From Scyliorhinus canicula (taxonomy: Eukaryota): DNA of 64,000 nt. A model generated the notes under the pieces. It saw only the letters and a list, made by a program, of their open reading frames with translations. It searched no databases and was not told the origin of the DNA. The stretch lies in the NCBI RefSeq assembly GCF_902713615.1, contig NC_052151.1, positions 201,837,703 to 201,901,702 on the forward strand, written 5' to 3'. Of this stretch, positions 23,735 through 36,485 are shown piece by piece. How positions within the stretch are numbered: position 1 is the first letter of the stretch; each line of letters opens with the position of its first letter. Made by a program: the position numbers and the translations under genes.

Positions 23735-24460
23735 AGTCATAGAATCATACAGCACAGAAAAGACCCTTCGGCCCATCAAGTCTGCGCCAGTCAAAAACAA
23801 CGAGCTAACTATTCGAATCCCATTTTCCAGACTTGACCCAAAGCTTTGTATGCCCTGGGATCGCAAGTGCACATCTAAATACCCCCTATGAGAGTCTCTG
23901 CCTCCACCACCCTTGCAGGCAGCGAGTTCCAAACTCCCACCACCCTCTGGGTAAAAATGTTTTTCCTTCCATCTTCACAGGGTGGCTTGATGGCACAGTG
24001 GTTAACACTGTTGCCTCACAGCTCCAGAGACTTGGGTTCAATTCCGGCCTCGGGTGACTGTGTGGAGTTTGCACTTTCTCCCCGTGTCTGCGTGGGTTTC
24101 CTCCGGGTGCTCAGGTTTCCTCCCACAGTCCAAAGAAGTGCAGGTTTAGGTAGATTGGCCATGCTAAATTGCCCCTTAGTGTCCCAAAAGTTAGGTGGGG
24201 TTACTGAGTTATGGGGATAGGATGGAGGCATGGGCTTAAATAGCATGCTCTTTCCAAGGGCCGGTGCAGACTCAATGGGCCGAATAGCCTCCTTCTGTAC
24301 TGTAAAATCTAAGATCTATCTATGATACCCTCTAAACCTCGACCCGTACCTGAAATCTATGTCCCCTGATCATTGACCCCTCCACCAAGGGGAAAAGTTT
24401 GTTCCTGTCTACTCTGTCTATGCCTCTCTTAGTTTTATACATCTCAATCATGTCCCCTTG
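23735..24460 (-). mobile_element. CR1 3' end with a SINE (23982-24320, +) inserted
   Basis: CATAGAATCATACAGCACAG..GGCCCATC tail and CR1 3' ORF2 remnants on both sides of the SINE. Confidence 0.7.
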
Positions 24461-25734
24461 AGAAGGTGGTGGTGAGCTGCCTTCAAATTAAAGTAAAGAG
24501 CAGGGAAATGGCTCTGAATTCAAAAGACAGGTTAAGGAAATAGATTTAACGTCAGTTGTATCGGAAGCCAGATATCTGAGCTGCTCAAAAGGTTGGTGAC
24601 TCCTTATTGCAGGCCTGCGAGGCAGGGCGTTCTCTTGGCATGGCTGAGTACCTGAGAGAGTCTGTGGAAGGCAAAGATTGAATGCACGTAGTGATCCTGG
24701 GCAGAGATATACCAAAAAGGAGAGATTAAAACCCTGGAGGTGGATCCTCGGTGAAGGCCTCTGAGACAAAGTGTTGTGTGGGAGAAGATTCCAAACTGCA
24801 TTCTTCTGGAACAGAGATTAGTATCTCTCATGTGAAAGGCAATTGCAGTGAGGCCAGTTAGCTCACAGTGTGACAAACGTCTGCGGGGTTGATGAGAAAT
24901 CAGTAAAAGTTGAATTGGGTGGCATATATTACCTGATTTAATGCACAGTGTCTGACATTTCACCAATTTGTTTACATGGACTTTGTACTTACAACATTAG
25001 AGGACAAGATATATTTTGTACAATTTTTACCCTTACAAATCTGAATGATGATGTAAAGGTATAACTGAGGTGGGGGAGCAGTGTATTATTATTAATCTTT
25101 TTTAAAAATTAATGTTTTATTCTTTTGTTCAGAGTTCAGCACTCGCCCTGTGGCCCTTTTCATCCACGTCTCTAAACAGATCCTGGGATCTGATCTGTCC
25201 AGTCGTAACTTCAGCTGGGATTGTAACTACCATCCTGGGAAAAGGAACACATTTAATTGGCTCCTCAGCACTCACTCCTACCAGCACCGAGCCTCAGTGG
25301 CAGCCGTGTGTGCAATCTACAAGATGCACTGCAGCCGCTCACCAAGGCTCCTCAGGCAACCCCTTCCAGACCTGTGAACGTTACCATCTAGAAGAACAAG
25401 GGCAGCAGATAGCTGGGAACACCACCACGTGGAAGTTCTCCTCCAAGCCACGCGCCATCCTGACTTGGAAATATCTCTGCCATCCCTTCACTGTGGTTGG
25501 GTCAAAATCCAGGAACTCCCTCTCTAATAGCACAATGGGTGCACCTATACCTCGGGGATTGCAGCAGTACAAGAAGGTAGCTCATCACCATCTTCTCAAG
25601 GTGCATTTAGGGATGGGAAATAAATGCTGGTCCCATGAATCAATAAGGAGAATAAGGTGAAACAACATGATTTGATCAGTCTCAGTTCAAACAGTGTTGG
25701 AAAAACCTTTCCTTTTAATGAAATGAAATGAAAA

Positions 25735-25900
25735 TGGCTTATTGTCACAAGTAGGCTTCAATGAAGTTACTGTGAAAAGCCCCTAGTCGCCACATTCCGG
25801 CGCCTGTCCGGGGAGGCTGGTACGGGAATCGAACTGTGCTGCTGGCCTGCTTGGTCTGCTTTAAAAGCCAGCGGTTTAGCCTGGTGAGCTAAACCAGCCC
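25735..25900 (-). mobile_element. SINE with (TTTCA)n tail
   Basis: GGGAATCGAAC B-box reverse complement and the AAAAGCCCCTAGTCGCCACA motif shared with the 1316 and 37805 copies. Confidence 0.75.
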
Positions 25901-27329
25901 CTGAGGGTGAAGTTGAGGGAATGTTGGAGTGGGATGAAAGTTTGGACAACGGATAAGGGGATTGATCAGGATTGACCCTCGGTAGTCTGTGCATGTGTTC
26001 AGCTTGTAGTAGTCAATATTTTTCCCGCTTCTGGACTGTGGTAGAAAGATTCAACAACGCTCGTTATGGAAAAATAATAAGACTTTATTTTCAAACAGAC
26101 TGCATGCAGTTTTGGCTGAAAGTTGAGGTCAGAGAGCAGTTACTACCACTGTTGATTCCTACTCTAGTTCGCGCGTTCACAGAGAATCAGCTCAGCATTT
26201 ATACATTATCAGAATCAAGATTACGTGACTACAGCTTGGTCAGGAATTCGATCAGAAGTACAAACATAAGCAATATCATAAAACAGGCGTCACCTTGCTG
26301 ACCTTTCAGGACTCTTTGTCCTTTGATGGAATATTTAAATGTTGGAGGAGACTCCTTCCTGATCTTACCTTGTCGTATTTAGACTGCCTTGGGTTATGAG
26401 GAGTTAGTCTTATCAGAATTTGCGGAGCTCAGGCATTTTGGAACAGCTTGACCTTCTCTGATCAGGCTTTAGGCTATGCGAAGTCAGCTTTTCTTACATT
26501 GTACCAAGTAATTGACCAGTTTTCCCATCATGCCATTACTTATTTCGTACAACATCACAAGCTGTCTGATGGACAGGAAATACCCAACTCTGTAAGGACT
26601 GGATAATATATGCTTGTATTTAACCTTATGTTAAGGGTCAAATAGGAATAAAAGAAAAGTTCAAATTCCTTTCATTAACAACTGGGAGAGAGGATTATTT
26701 CTCTTTCCCGGAGAGTCCTATGTGAGAGTCCTAGGACTGCGTGAACTGCTTTGGCTGTATTTTTAGGGTGAATGTGTTATAATATTTTTCAAAAAATATT
26801 AATAAACTTGATTAACGTTGAACACATAATTGTCAGTAACCTGTTATTTAAAGGAAGGGACAATCTTAACAAAAAACAAATTTAATCCTTATTCGTTTAT
26901 GTAACAAGCGGTATAAGAAATATTAGCAAAACATTTTGTCAAATTGTGCACTATTGCCAATTTTGCCAATGCCGTGAGCAACCCCTCAACGGCAGAGATT
27001 AAAGTATCACTGGGAACAATATGGACCATTTCAATGCAATCAGAGGATCTTGCTATCATTAACTGAGATATTGGGCAGAAAAACATTCACTCCAGTATGA
27101 ATGAAACATCTCCTAATGCATTGCACGATTCTTTATTACTAATCAGGAACAATGCCATGGGAGATCTGTCAGTACGACCCCATTACAGAGTGGAACATCC
27201 TAATGTTACTGAACGCTCAACAACACACAAACCAGGAGCAAATGCCATGGGAGATAGAGCCATAGGGCACGATCTACCATTCCTGTTGTACCTGTATTCA
27301 GCGCGATGTGGCTGGTAGGTGCCGGGAGA

Positions 27330-27960
27330 TCTCTCTTCCAGGATCTACCCGACTCACCATGCCTTGCAAGATCTAACGCGATCTGAATCCCACCCATTGT
27401 GAGACAGGTCGTCTCATTCTAATATTCTCTCCTTTGATCTGCACAAGGAGTGGGATCTAACCCCTTCGCCTCGAGACCTTGGACGAGCGCCGTTCAGTGC
27501 TAGTCTCCACAATGGGGACCAGACGGAAGGCCCTTGTGGGGGTCTCCCAGGGGATCGGAGGTGTCCAGGTGCTTGCCCACTAGGTAGGGGGAGAACGTGG
27601 CACTACTGGTGCCACCTTGGCAGTGCCTGACTGACACCCTGACAGTGCCACCTGGGTGCCGGCCTGGCATTGCCAAGGTGCCCAGGTGACCCTGTCAGCT
27701 GGCAGGGCCAAGGTGCCAGACTGGCACTGCATGTGAGGTGGGGTGCAAAGGGACCTGAGGGCTCCCTGATAGGTGAGTTGGGGCTTTGAGGGGGGGGAGG
27801 GGGGATTGAGATCGGGGTGCTGTATAAAAATGCCGTCCCGATCTCTTCCTGCACTGAGGGGGTCCGGAGAGTGGAGCTCCTCACTACAGGAAACGGGATT
27901 ATGTGCAGCCTCGGTCGGGAGTTCTCTGCTGAGGCCCTGAATTGAAACAGACTCCCGATA
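27330..27960. mobile_element. GC-rich non-autonomous DNA-transposon-like insertion
   Basis: Abrupt GC-rich block with repeated GGCA/TGCC motifs interrupting an AT-rich degenerate array; termini not resolved. Confidence 0.4.
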
Positions 27961-28794
27961 GTTAGCATGGTGTTTCTCAGGCTATGAGCGCCGGGGAATC
28001 CTGGCTAAATGTGTTAGTCACGGCACTGTGTTCCAATTTGGTTAGATCTCGCCCATCGAGCTCAAGGAAAGAGTCCTTTCAGCCCATCATGTCTGCGCCG
28101 GCTATCAAGCACCTATCTATTCTAATCCCATTTTCCAACACTTGGCCCGTAGCCTTGTATGCTAGGGCATTTCAAGCGTTCATCTAAATACTTCTTAAAT
28201 GTTGTGAGGGTTTCTGCCTCTCCCACCCAATCAGGCAGTGAGTTCCAGATTCCCACCGCCCTCTGGGTGAAAAAGATTTTCTTCACGTCCTGATATTCAA
28301 TAACATTCTATCCAGGAGTAATACCGTGAAAAATCTGTCAATAATATCCATAACATATTGCTTGGTGTAAGGTGCCTAATCTTGTCCAATTCTGAGCATC
28401 TCAGTAACCACGAGCAATGCCACAAGAGATTTGACACTAATACCTATGCAACATCACATAGTGTAAGATTCCTAAACTTATTTATTGCTCAACACCACAC
28501 TAACCAGGAGCAATGCCACGGGTGATCAATCAGCATTAATTATCACATATTACGCATTGCTTCTATCATGGTAGGGAACATTAATGTTTAAATATAAATC
28601 TGTAATGGACTGAAGGAACTACACCATGAACTTTATTGTATTGAGACTTACACAAAGCAAGTACGATAAACTTGATGATATACATTTTGTAACCACATAT
28701 GCTGTGAATTCAATTCTCACTTCCCTCTAAAGGTCACATGAACTCCAGAAAATTAATTCACTTCTCATGGGATTGACCCAATGGTATACCACAG

Positions 28795-29890
28795 GAAGAA
28801 TTGCAGGGCCTGGAGGAGGTTACAGAGAAGGGAGGTTGCAGAGAAGGGAGGGGCTGGAGGAAGTTACAGAGATAGGGAGGGGTGCAGGGGCTGGTGGAAG
28901 TTACAGAGACAGGGAACATTGTAGGGGCTGGTGGAAGGTACAGCCAAATGGGAGGGTTATAGAGGCTGGGGGAGGTTACAGGGATAGGGAAGGTTGTAGG
29001 GGCTGGGGGAGGTTACAGAGATAGGGAGGGTTGTAGGGGCTGGGGGATGTTACAGGGATAGGGAGGGTTGTAGCGGCTGGAGGAGGTTACAGAGATAGGG
29101 AGGGTTGAAGGGGCTGGGGGAGGTTACAGAGATAGGGAGGGTTGTAGGGGCTGGGGGATGTTACAGGGATAGGGAGGATTGTAGGGGCTGGAGGAGGTTA
29201 CAGAGATAGGGAGGGTTGTAGGGGCTGGGGGAGGTTACAGAGATAGGGAGGGTTGTAGGGGCTGGAGGGGGTTACAGTGATAGTGAGGGTTGTAGGGGCT
29301 GGGGGAGGTTACAGAGATAGGGAGGGTTGTAGGGGCTGGAGGCGGTTACAGAGATAGGGAGGGTTGTAGGGGCTGGAGGAGGTTACAGAGATAGGGAGGG
29401 TTGTAGGGGCTGGAGGGGGTTACAGTGATAGTGAGGGTTGTAGGGGCTGGGGGAGGTTACAGAGTTAGGGAGGGCTGGGGGAGGTTACAGAGATAGTGAG
29501 GGTTGTAGGGGCTGGGGGAGGTTACAGAGATAGGGAGGGCTGGGGGAGGTTACAGAGATAGGGAGGGTTGTAGGGGCTGGGGAGGTTACAGAAATAGGGA
29601 GGGTTGTAGGAGCTGGGGGAGGTTACAGAAATAGGGAGGGTTGTAGGAGCTGGGGGAGGTTACAGGGATAGGGAGGGTTGTAGGGGCTGGAGGTGGTTAC
29701 AGGGATAGGGAGGGTTGTAGGGGCTGGGGGAGGTTACAGCCATAGGGAGGGTTGTTGGGGCTGGAGGAGGTTACAGAGATAGGGAGGGTTGTTGGGGCTG
29801 GAGGAGGTTACAGAGATAGAGAGGGTTGTTGGGGCTAGGGGAGGTTACAGCCATTGGGAGCGTTATAGGGCTAGGGGAGGTTACAGAGTT
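28795..29890 (+). repeat. 37-bp minisatellite (about 29 units) derived from an L2 ORF2 3' segment
   Basis: Unit GGGGCTGGGGGAGGTTACAGAGATAGGGAGGGTTGTA; the reverse strand reads LCNLLQP, contiguous with the L2 remnant at 29890-30010. Confidence 0.92.
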
Positions 29891-30453
29891 GAGGACAAGG
29901 TCAAATTGGGAAATTGAAGAGGATGAGTAAAATATAAAATTGGACTCGGAGATAATGTAGATCAGTGAGCACAGAGGATGATAGGTGAATGGTTCTTGAT
30001 GCGAGTCCATGGGGACAGCCCTCTTGGTGTTTGCTGTTGGGATCTTGCTGTGCACAGGTGGGTGCAATTTTCCTGATGGGATGACAGTGGACTGCTGTCT
30101 GGAAATAGCCCGTGGCACTTTGAGATAGTTCCCGAGGCAACTGAAAATCTCTTCTCTTCCTTCTCTCCACACCCTTCTTCAGCTCCTCCATCGCCTCCTC
30201 CTCCAGTCAATTTCCTCCTTCTGTTCTTCCATCCAGCCATGGACAAGTCCCACTCCCTCTCCTCGCAGCTCTGTGAGGGAGGCGGGAGTCACAACAACTT
30301 ATGTCAGGACATCCGGTTCGTGGATTCTGGTTGGGTGACTGAGCCGCTGTCTGGAGGGATATGCAGGAGAGATAGAGGGGAGTGGAGTTGAAGAGGAGAA
30401 AGAACAGGAGAAAGGGCGGAGAGGGGAGGGGAGCAGTGAGACGGGATGGAGAG

Positions 30454-33400
30454 TGTGGCGCTAACAATTGTACGCAAAGACTCGAGTGAAGTACAAGAGA
30501 GGCTTTATTGCTGTGAGATGCTATTCCTCCGGCGGCAGCTGTAGAATAGGATCTCAGTGAAGCTAGCGCATATTTATACACAAGCTCCCTGTGGGCGGAG
30601 CTAGCCGGCTGGGGCTTACCGGAGAAACGTGTATTACAGGTACGGCCATACATCCCCCTACTGCAAGTACACATATCTACAGTGGTTGTATCACCACATT
30701 CACCCGCTGTAAAAAATGAGTCCGGCGGGGTGACGTGGAACTATAATACAAAAGGTGATCTATGTACAAAAGGTCCAAACAACAGAAAACCAAGAGTCCA
30801 TCCGGTTAGCAGGTCACAGGTTGAGCCGAATCGGCGGTCGAACATTCCGCTGTGATCGGCGTAGCTGTGGTGGCAACGTCGGCACAGGCGGTGTTGGCGA
30901 CAACGATGCAGGTGCTGGCGGCGTTGGTGCTGGCCAGTGGCGGGATGACTCCGCGAGCGAGCCAGAATCTTCCGTGTCCTCCAGTATGGGCAGGGGGACG
31001 AGGGATGGACCTGGTGGGAACGAATATGGGGGCGCCGGGGAAAAGGAGGGTGGCGCGGGGTGGAGAAAAGGGGCGTGTGATCGGCACCTGAGGGAGCCAG
31101 GTCCTGAAGCGAGACTGTGTCCTGGCGGCCATTGGGGAACTCCACGTAGGCATACTGGGGGTTGGCGTGGAGCAGGCGTACTTTGTCCACCAGGGGTTCC
31201 GCCTTGAGGTGCCTGAGGTGCCTACGGGGACGGACTGGGCCCGGAGCAGCGAGCCAAGTCGGGAGCGACACCCCGGATGTAACTTCCTCGGGAAGGCAAA
31301 AACACGTTCATGGGGTGTACTGTTAGTTGCAGTGCACAGTATTGACCGAATGGAATGGAGCGCGTCAGGGAGGACCTGCTGCCAGCGAGCGGCTGGGAGG
31401 TTCCTGGACCGTAGGGCCAGCTGGACGGCCCTCCATACCGTCCCATTCTCCCTCTCTACCTGCCCGTTTCCCCGAGGGTTGTAGCTGGTCGTCCTGCTGG
31501 AGGCGATAACCCTGCTGAGCAGGAACTGACGCAGCTCATCGCTCATGAATGAGGATCTCTTGTCACTGTGGATGTAGTCGGGGAAACGGAACAGAGGGAA
31601 TATGGAATCCAGGGCCTTGATGACGGTGGCAGACGTCATATCCGGGCATGGGATGGCGAAGGGGAACCTAGAAAATTCATCGACCACACTAAGGATGTAG
31701 GTGTTGTGGTCGGTGGGGGAGAGGGGCCCTTTGAAATCCACACTGAGGCGTTCAAAAGGGGCGGGACGCTTTCACCAGGCGCGCGTGATCTGGCCGGTAG
31801 AAGTGCGGCTTGCACTCCGCACAGACCTGGCAGTCTCTGGTGACTGCCCATACTCCCTCGACGGAGGAGGGCAGATTGCGGGCTTTGATTAGGTGGTACA
31901 AACGAGTGATCCCCGGATGGCAAAGGCTCTCGTGCAAGGCACGGAGCTGGTTCACTTGTGCGCTGGCACATGTACCTCGGGAGAGGGCGTCTGGGGGCTC
32001 GTTGAGCTTGCCGGGGCGATACAAGATCTCGTAGTTATAGGTGGAGAGCTCAATTCTCCACCGCAAGATTTTGTCATTTTAGATCTTGCCCCGCTGCGTG
32101 TTATTGAACATGAAGGCTACCGACCGTTGGTCAGTGAGGAGAGTGAATCTCCTGCCGGCCAGGTAATGCCTCCAGTGCCGTACCACTTCAACGATTGCCT
32201 GGGCCTCCTTTTCAACAGAGGAGTGTCGAATTTCGGAGGCGTGGAGGGTGTGGGAAAAGAATGCCACGGGTCTGCCTGCCTGATTCAGCGTGGCGGCAAG
32301 GGCGACATCTGAAGCGTCGCTCTCTACTTGGAAAGGCAGTGTCTCATCTACTGCGTGTATCCCGGCCTTGGCTATGTCAGAGCGAATACGGTGAAGGCCT
32401 GTTGTGCCTCGGCCGTGAGGGGAAAATGTGTGGACTGGATTAGTGGGCGGGCCTTGTCTGCGTATTGTGGGACCCACTGGGCGTAGTAAGCAAAGAACCC
32501 CAGGCAGCGTTTGAGAGCCTTGGGGCAGCGGGGGAAGGGAGATCCATTAGGGGGCGCATGCGGTCGGGGTCGGGCCCCAGTAGTCCGTTTTGGACTACGT
32601 AGCCGAGGATGGACAAACGGCCTGAGCGGAACACACACTTCTCCTTGTTACACGTGAGGTTAAGGAGGGATGCAGTGTTGAGGAATTTAGCAACGTTGGC
32701 GTCATGGTCCTGCTGGTCATGGCCGCAGATGGTGACATTGTCTAAATACGGAAAAGTGGCCTGCAGTCCGTACCAGTCAACCATTCGGTCCATTTCTCAT
32801 TGAAATACCGAGACCCCGTTTGTGACGCCGAAGGGAACCCTAAGAAATTGGTACAGGCGACCGTCCGCCTCGAAGGCAGTGTAGGGACGGTCCGATTTAC
32901 GGATGGGGAGCTGGTGGTAGGCAGATTTCAGGTCAATTGTAGAGAAGACCCGGTACTGTGCAATCTGATTGACCATATCAGAAATGCGGGGGAGGGGGTA
33001 CGCGTCGAGCTGCGTGTACCAGTTGATGGTCTGGCTGTAGTCCACGACCATCCTCTGCTTCTCCCCAGTTTTAACCACTACCACCTGGGCTCTCCAGGGG
33101 CTGTTGCTGGCCTCGATGATACCCTCCCGAAGCAGCCGCTGGACTTCGGACCTGATGAAGGCCTTGTCCTGGGTTCTGTACCGTCTGCTCCCGGTGGCGA
33201 CGGGCTTGCAATCTGCGGTCAGATTGGCAAAGAGGGAGGGAGGCTCGACCTTGAGAGTCGCGAGGCCGCAAACGGTGAGGGGAGGTAGGGGTCTGCCGAA
33301 TTTGAGGGTGAGGCTCTGGAGGTTGCATTGAAAGTCCAGGCCTAGTATGAGTGACGCGCAGAGGTTGGGGAGAATGTACAGACGGAAACGGTCGAATTCC

Positions 33401-34951
33401 ACGCCCTGTACAGTAAGTTTAACCAGGCAGGAGCCCCGGATTGGGACAGAGTGGGAACCGGAGGCGAGAGGGATCTGCCGGTTGGCGGGGTGGACCGCAA
33501 GGGAGTAGCGCCTTACCGTGTCCGGGTGAATGAAGCTCTCGGTGCTCCCGGAGTCGATGAGGCAGAAGGTCACGTGGCCATTGACGAGCACCGTCGAGGA
33601 ATAGGGTGCCAGGTTGCGAGGACGGGACTGGTCGAGCGTAACGGAGGCGAGTAGCGGGCGATTGGCAGACGAGTCTGATGAGTCCGACGAGTAGCGGCAG
33701 CGTCCCGAGTCCCGTGGTCCCGTCCCGAGGGGAGGACAAAATGGCGGCGTCTGGAGTACCTGTGTGGAAGAAGATGTCTGCGGACAAAATGGCGGCGCCC
33801 ATTGAGCGCACGTTGTGGGGGTGGAGGGTATAGATGACGGCGCCCATGGTGCGCACATGGTGGGGGCGGCGAAAGATGGCGGCGCCCACTGATCGCACGT
33901 GGGGTCGGGGGCAGTGGACGGCAGGGCCCATTGTGCGATCGGCTGAGGCGAGGGGGGAATGCGGGCGCGATAGCGGCAACCGTCCGGGACTGACACACCG
34001 CTGCAAAGTGGTCTTTCTTGCCACAAGCTTTGCAGGTCGCGGTGCGGGCCGGGCAGCGCTGGCGGGGATGCTTCTGCTGACCACAGAAGTAGCATCGGGG
34101 ACCCCCAGGGTGCGCGGTGCGGCGAACAGCGCAAGCATAGTGCGCGGGGGCGGCTGCTGGGGGGGGCGTTTGGGGGTCCACGAGGGGTAGGACGGGTGGG
34201 CCGAGTGGCTAGCGGGGTAGGATCGCGCACTATGGGAGGTGGCCGTCATTGATAGCGCCAGTCTTTGTAGCCGCGAGATCAAGGACAGCCCCTTCCAGCA
34301 GTCGTTGCCAGATGGGGTCCGATGCAATGACTGTAACAAAGGCATCCCGCATGAGTAAGTTTGAATATTCTGTGGCTGTGACGGCCTGGCAGTCGCAGTC
34401 TCGTACTAGAGGTATAAGGACCCTCCATAAGTCCTCAATCGACTCACCCGGCTGTTGGACGCGAGTAGAGAGTAGATATCTCGCAAACAGGGTGTTCGTC
34501 GACTTTGCGTAGTTTTCCTTGAGCAGTTCCATGGCCCGGGCGTAGTCAGGAGCATCTCGAATTAGCGGAAAGACGCTGGAGCTGAGTCTTGAGTAAAGAA
34601 GCTGTCGTTTTTGAGCCTCCGTCGGGGGTGGGTCCGCTGAAGAGACGTAGGCCTCGAAGACTGCAAGCCAGTGAACAAAGTCTTTCTTGGCGTGGGGCGA
34701 CTGCGGATCCAGCTGCAGGCGGTCAGGTTTGATCTTGATGTTCATGGTGTAAGGAAAATCTCACAGCAATAAATTGTGGTGCTAACAATTGTACACAAAG
34801 ACTCGAGTGAAGTACAAGACAGGCTTTATTGCTGTGAGATGCTATTCCTCCGGCGACAGCTGTAGAATAGTATCTCAGTGAAGCTAGAGCATATTTATAC
34901 ACAAGCTCCCTGTGGGAAAGCAGACATATATACAGTGGTTGTATCACCACA
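30454..34951 (-). mobile_element. Full-structure Gypsy retrotransposon (gag-PR-RT-RH-IN), frameshifted
   Basis: 3' LTR 30454-30698, 5' LTR 34775-34951, TSD GAGAG (30449-30453 and 34952-34956); gag MNIKIKPDRLQLDP.., knuckle CYFCGQQKHPRQRC, LIDSGST, RT (YLDNVTICG), RH (QVESDASD), IN (HSDKRSSF..GNGQVER). Confidence 0.95.
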
Positions 34952-35763
34952 GAGAGGAAGGGAATGAGGGAGAGGGAGAGTGAGGAAGATGGAACAGAGT
35001 GAGTGGAGGGAAGGATTGAGCAGTCGGGAGCAGAGGAAAGGGAGAGGAGGGTAGGAAAGAAGGGTGGAGGGAGGGGAAGGAGAGAAGAGGAAAAGGAGAG
35101 GGGTGTGGGAGAGGAGAGCATAGGGAGAGGTGAAGGTGAGAAGGGAGTGGTGAGTGGAATGTGGGAGGAGAGGGATATGGGAGGGAGAGGAGAGCGGAAG
35201 AAGGGTGGGAGCGGTGAGTGGAGATAGAGGGGAGAGGGGAGGGGAGGGAGAAAATTCGGTGAGGAGTGTTTAAACAATGGGAGGAGAGTTGAGAGGAGAG
35301 TGACAGAGACTGGAGGGAGGGAGAAGAAGGGGAGGGAATGGAGGAGGATGTGGAGTGGAGGGTCAATAGAGGAGAGAGCAAGAGGAGTGGGCTGGATTGT
35401 GGAAAGTCAAAGGAATGGTAATTGGAGAGATGGGGAGGGGTATACGAGTCTACGGAAGGAGTTACCAACCTTTCCGAGTTTGCATCCAGGTTCTCCCTCA
35501 CTCGGTGCCTGGGGGAAAAGAGAAGGAGGGAGATAAGTGATCCCATTCCTGACACAGGGCTGGATCCCAAACTCTCGCTCTGTCTCTTCTCTTCATTATC
35601 CTCTCTCTACATCTCTTGCTCTGCATTCAATCTCCCACTCAAAACCCCATCTCACAATCGTTATCTCTCCCCTTCTCACTGAGAATTTGGACATCATCAA
35701 CGCAAATGAGGAAGCAAAGTGTTGAGTTCACAGAAGAAGCCACTTAGGAAGCGTTGGGAATGA

Positions 35764-36485
35764 GGGGCGGGATTCTCCGACCCCCCGCCGGGTCGGAGAA
35801 TCGCCGGGGGCCGGCGTCAATCCCACCCCCACCGTGTCCCGAATTCTCCGCCACCAGAGATTCGGCGTGGGTGGGAATCGCGCCCCGCTGGTTGGCAGCC
35901 CCCCCCCCCCCCCCCCGGCGATTCTCCGGCCCGCAATGGGCCGAATTCCCGCCGCTGTCAATCCTCTCCCGCCGGCGGGAATCAAACCATCTACCTAACC
36001 GGCAGGAGCAGGCGGCGCAGGCGGACTCCGGGGTCCTGGGGAGGGGGCGCAGGGCGATCTGGCCCCGGGGGGTGCCCCCACGGTGGCCTGGCCCGCGATC
36101 GGGGCCTACCGATCTGCGGGCGGGCCTGTGCCGTGAGGGCACTCTTTTCCTTCCACCTTCGCCATAGTCTTCACCATGGCGGAGGCGGAAGTGACCCCCT
36201 CCCCCGCGCATGCACGGGGTTGACGTCAGCTGACGCTCCGGCGCATGCACGGACTTATGCTGGCCGGCGAAGTCCCTTCGGCCCCGACTGGCATGGCACC
36301 AAAGGCCGTCCACCCCAGCCAGCGAAGTGCCAACTACTCCGGCGCGGGCCTAGCCCCTCAATGTGAGTGCTTGGCCCCCAAAGGTGCAGTTCCGCACCTT
36401 TGGGGCGGCCCGACGCCGGAGTGGTTCACGCCACTCCGACACGACGGTACCCCCCGCCCCGCCGGGTCGGGGAGAATCCCGGCCC
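35764..36485. mobile_element. GC-rich MITE (Harbinger-like) in pseudogene intron 1
   Basis: TIRs GGGGCGGGATTCTCC / GGAGAATCCCGGCCC; flanks TGA/AGA. Confidence 0.75.
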
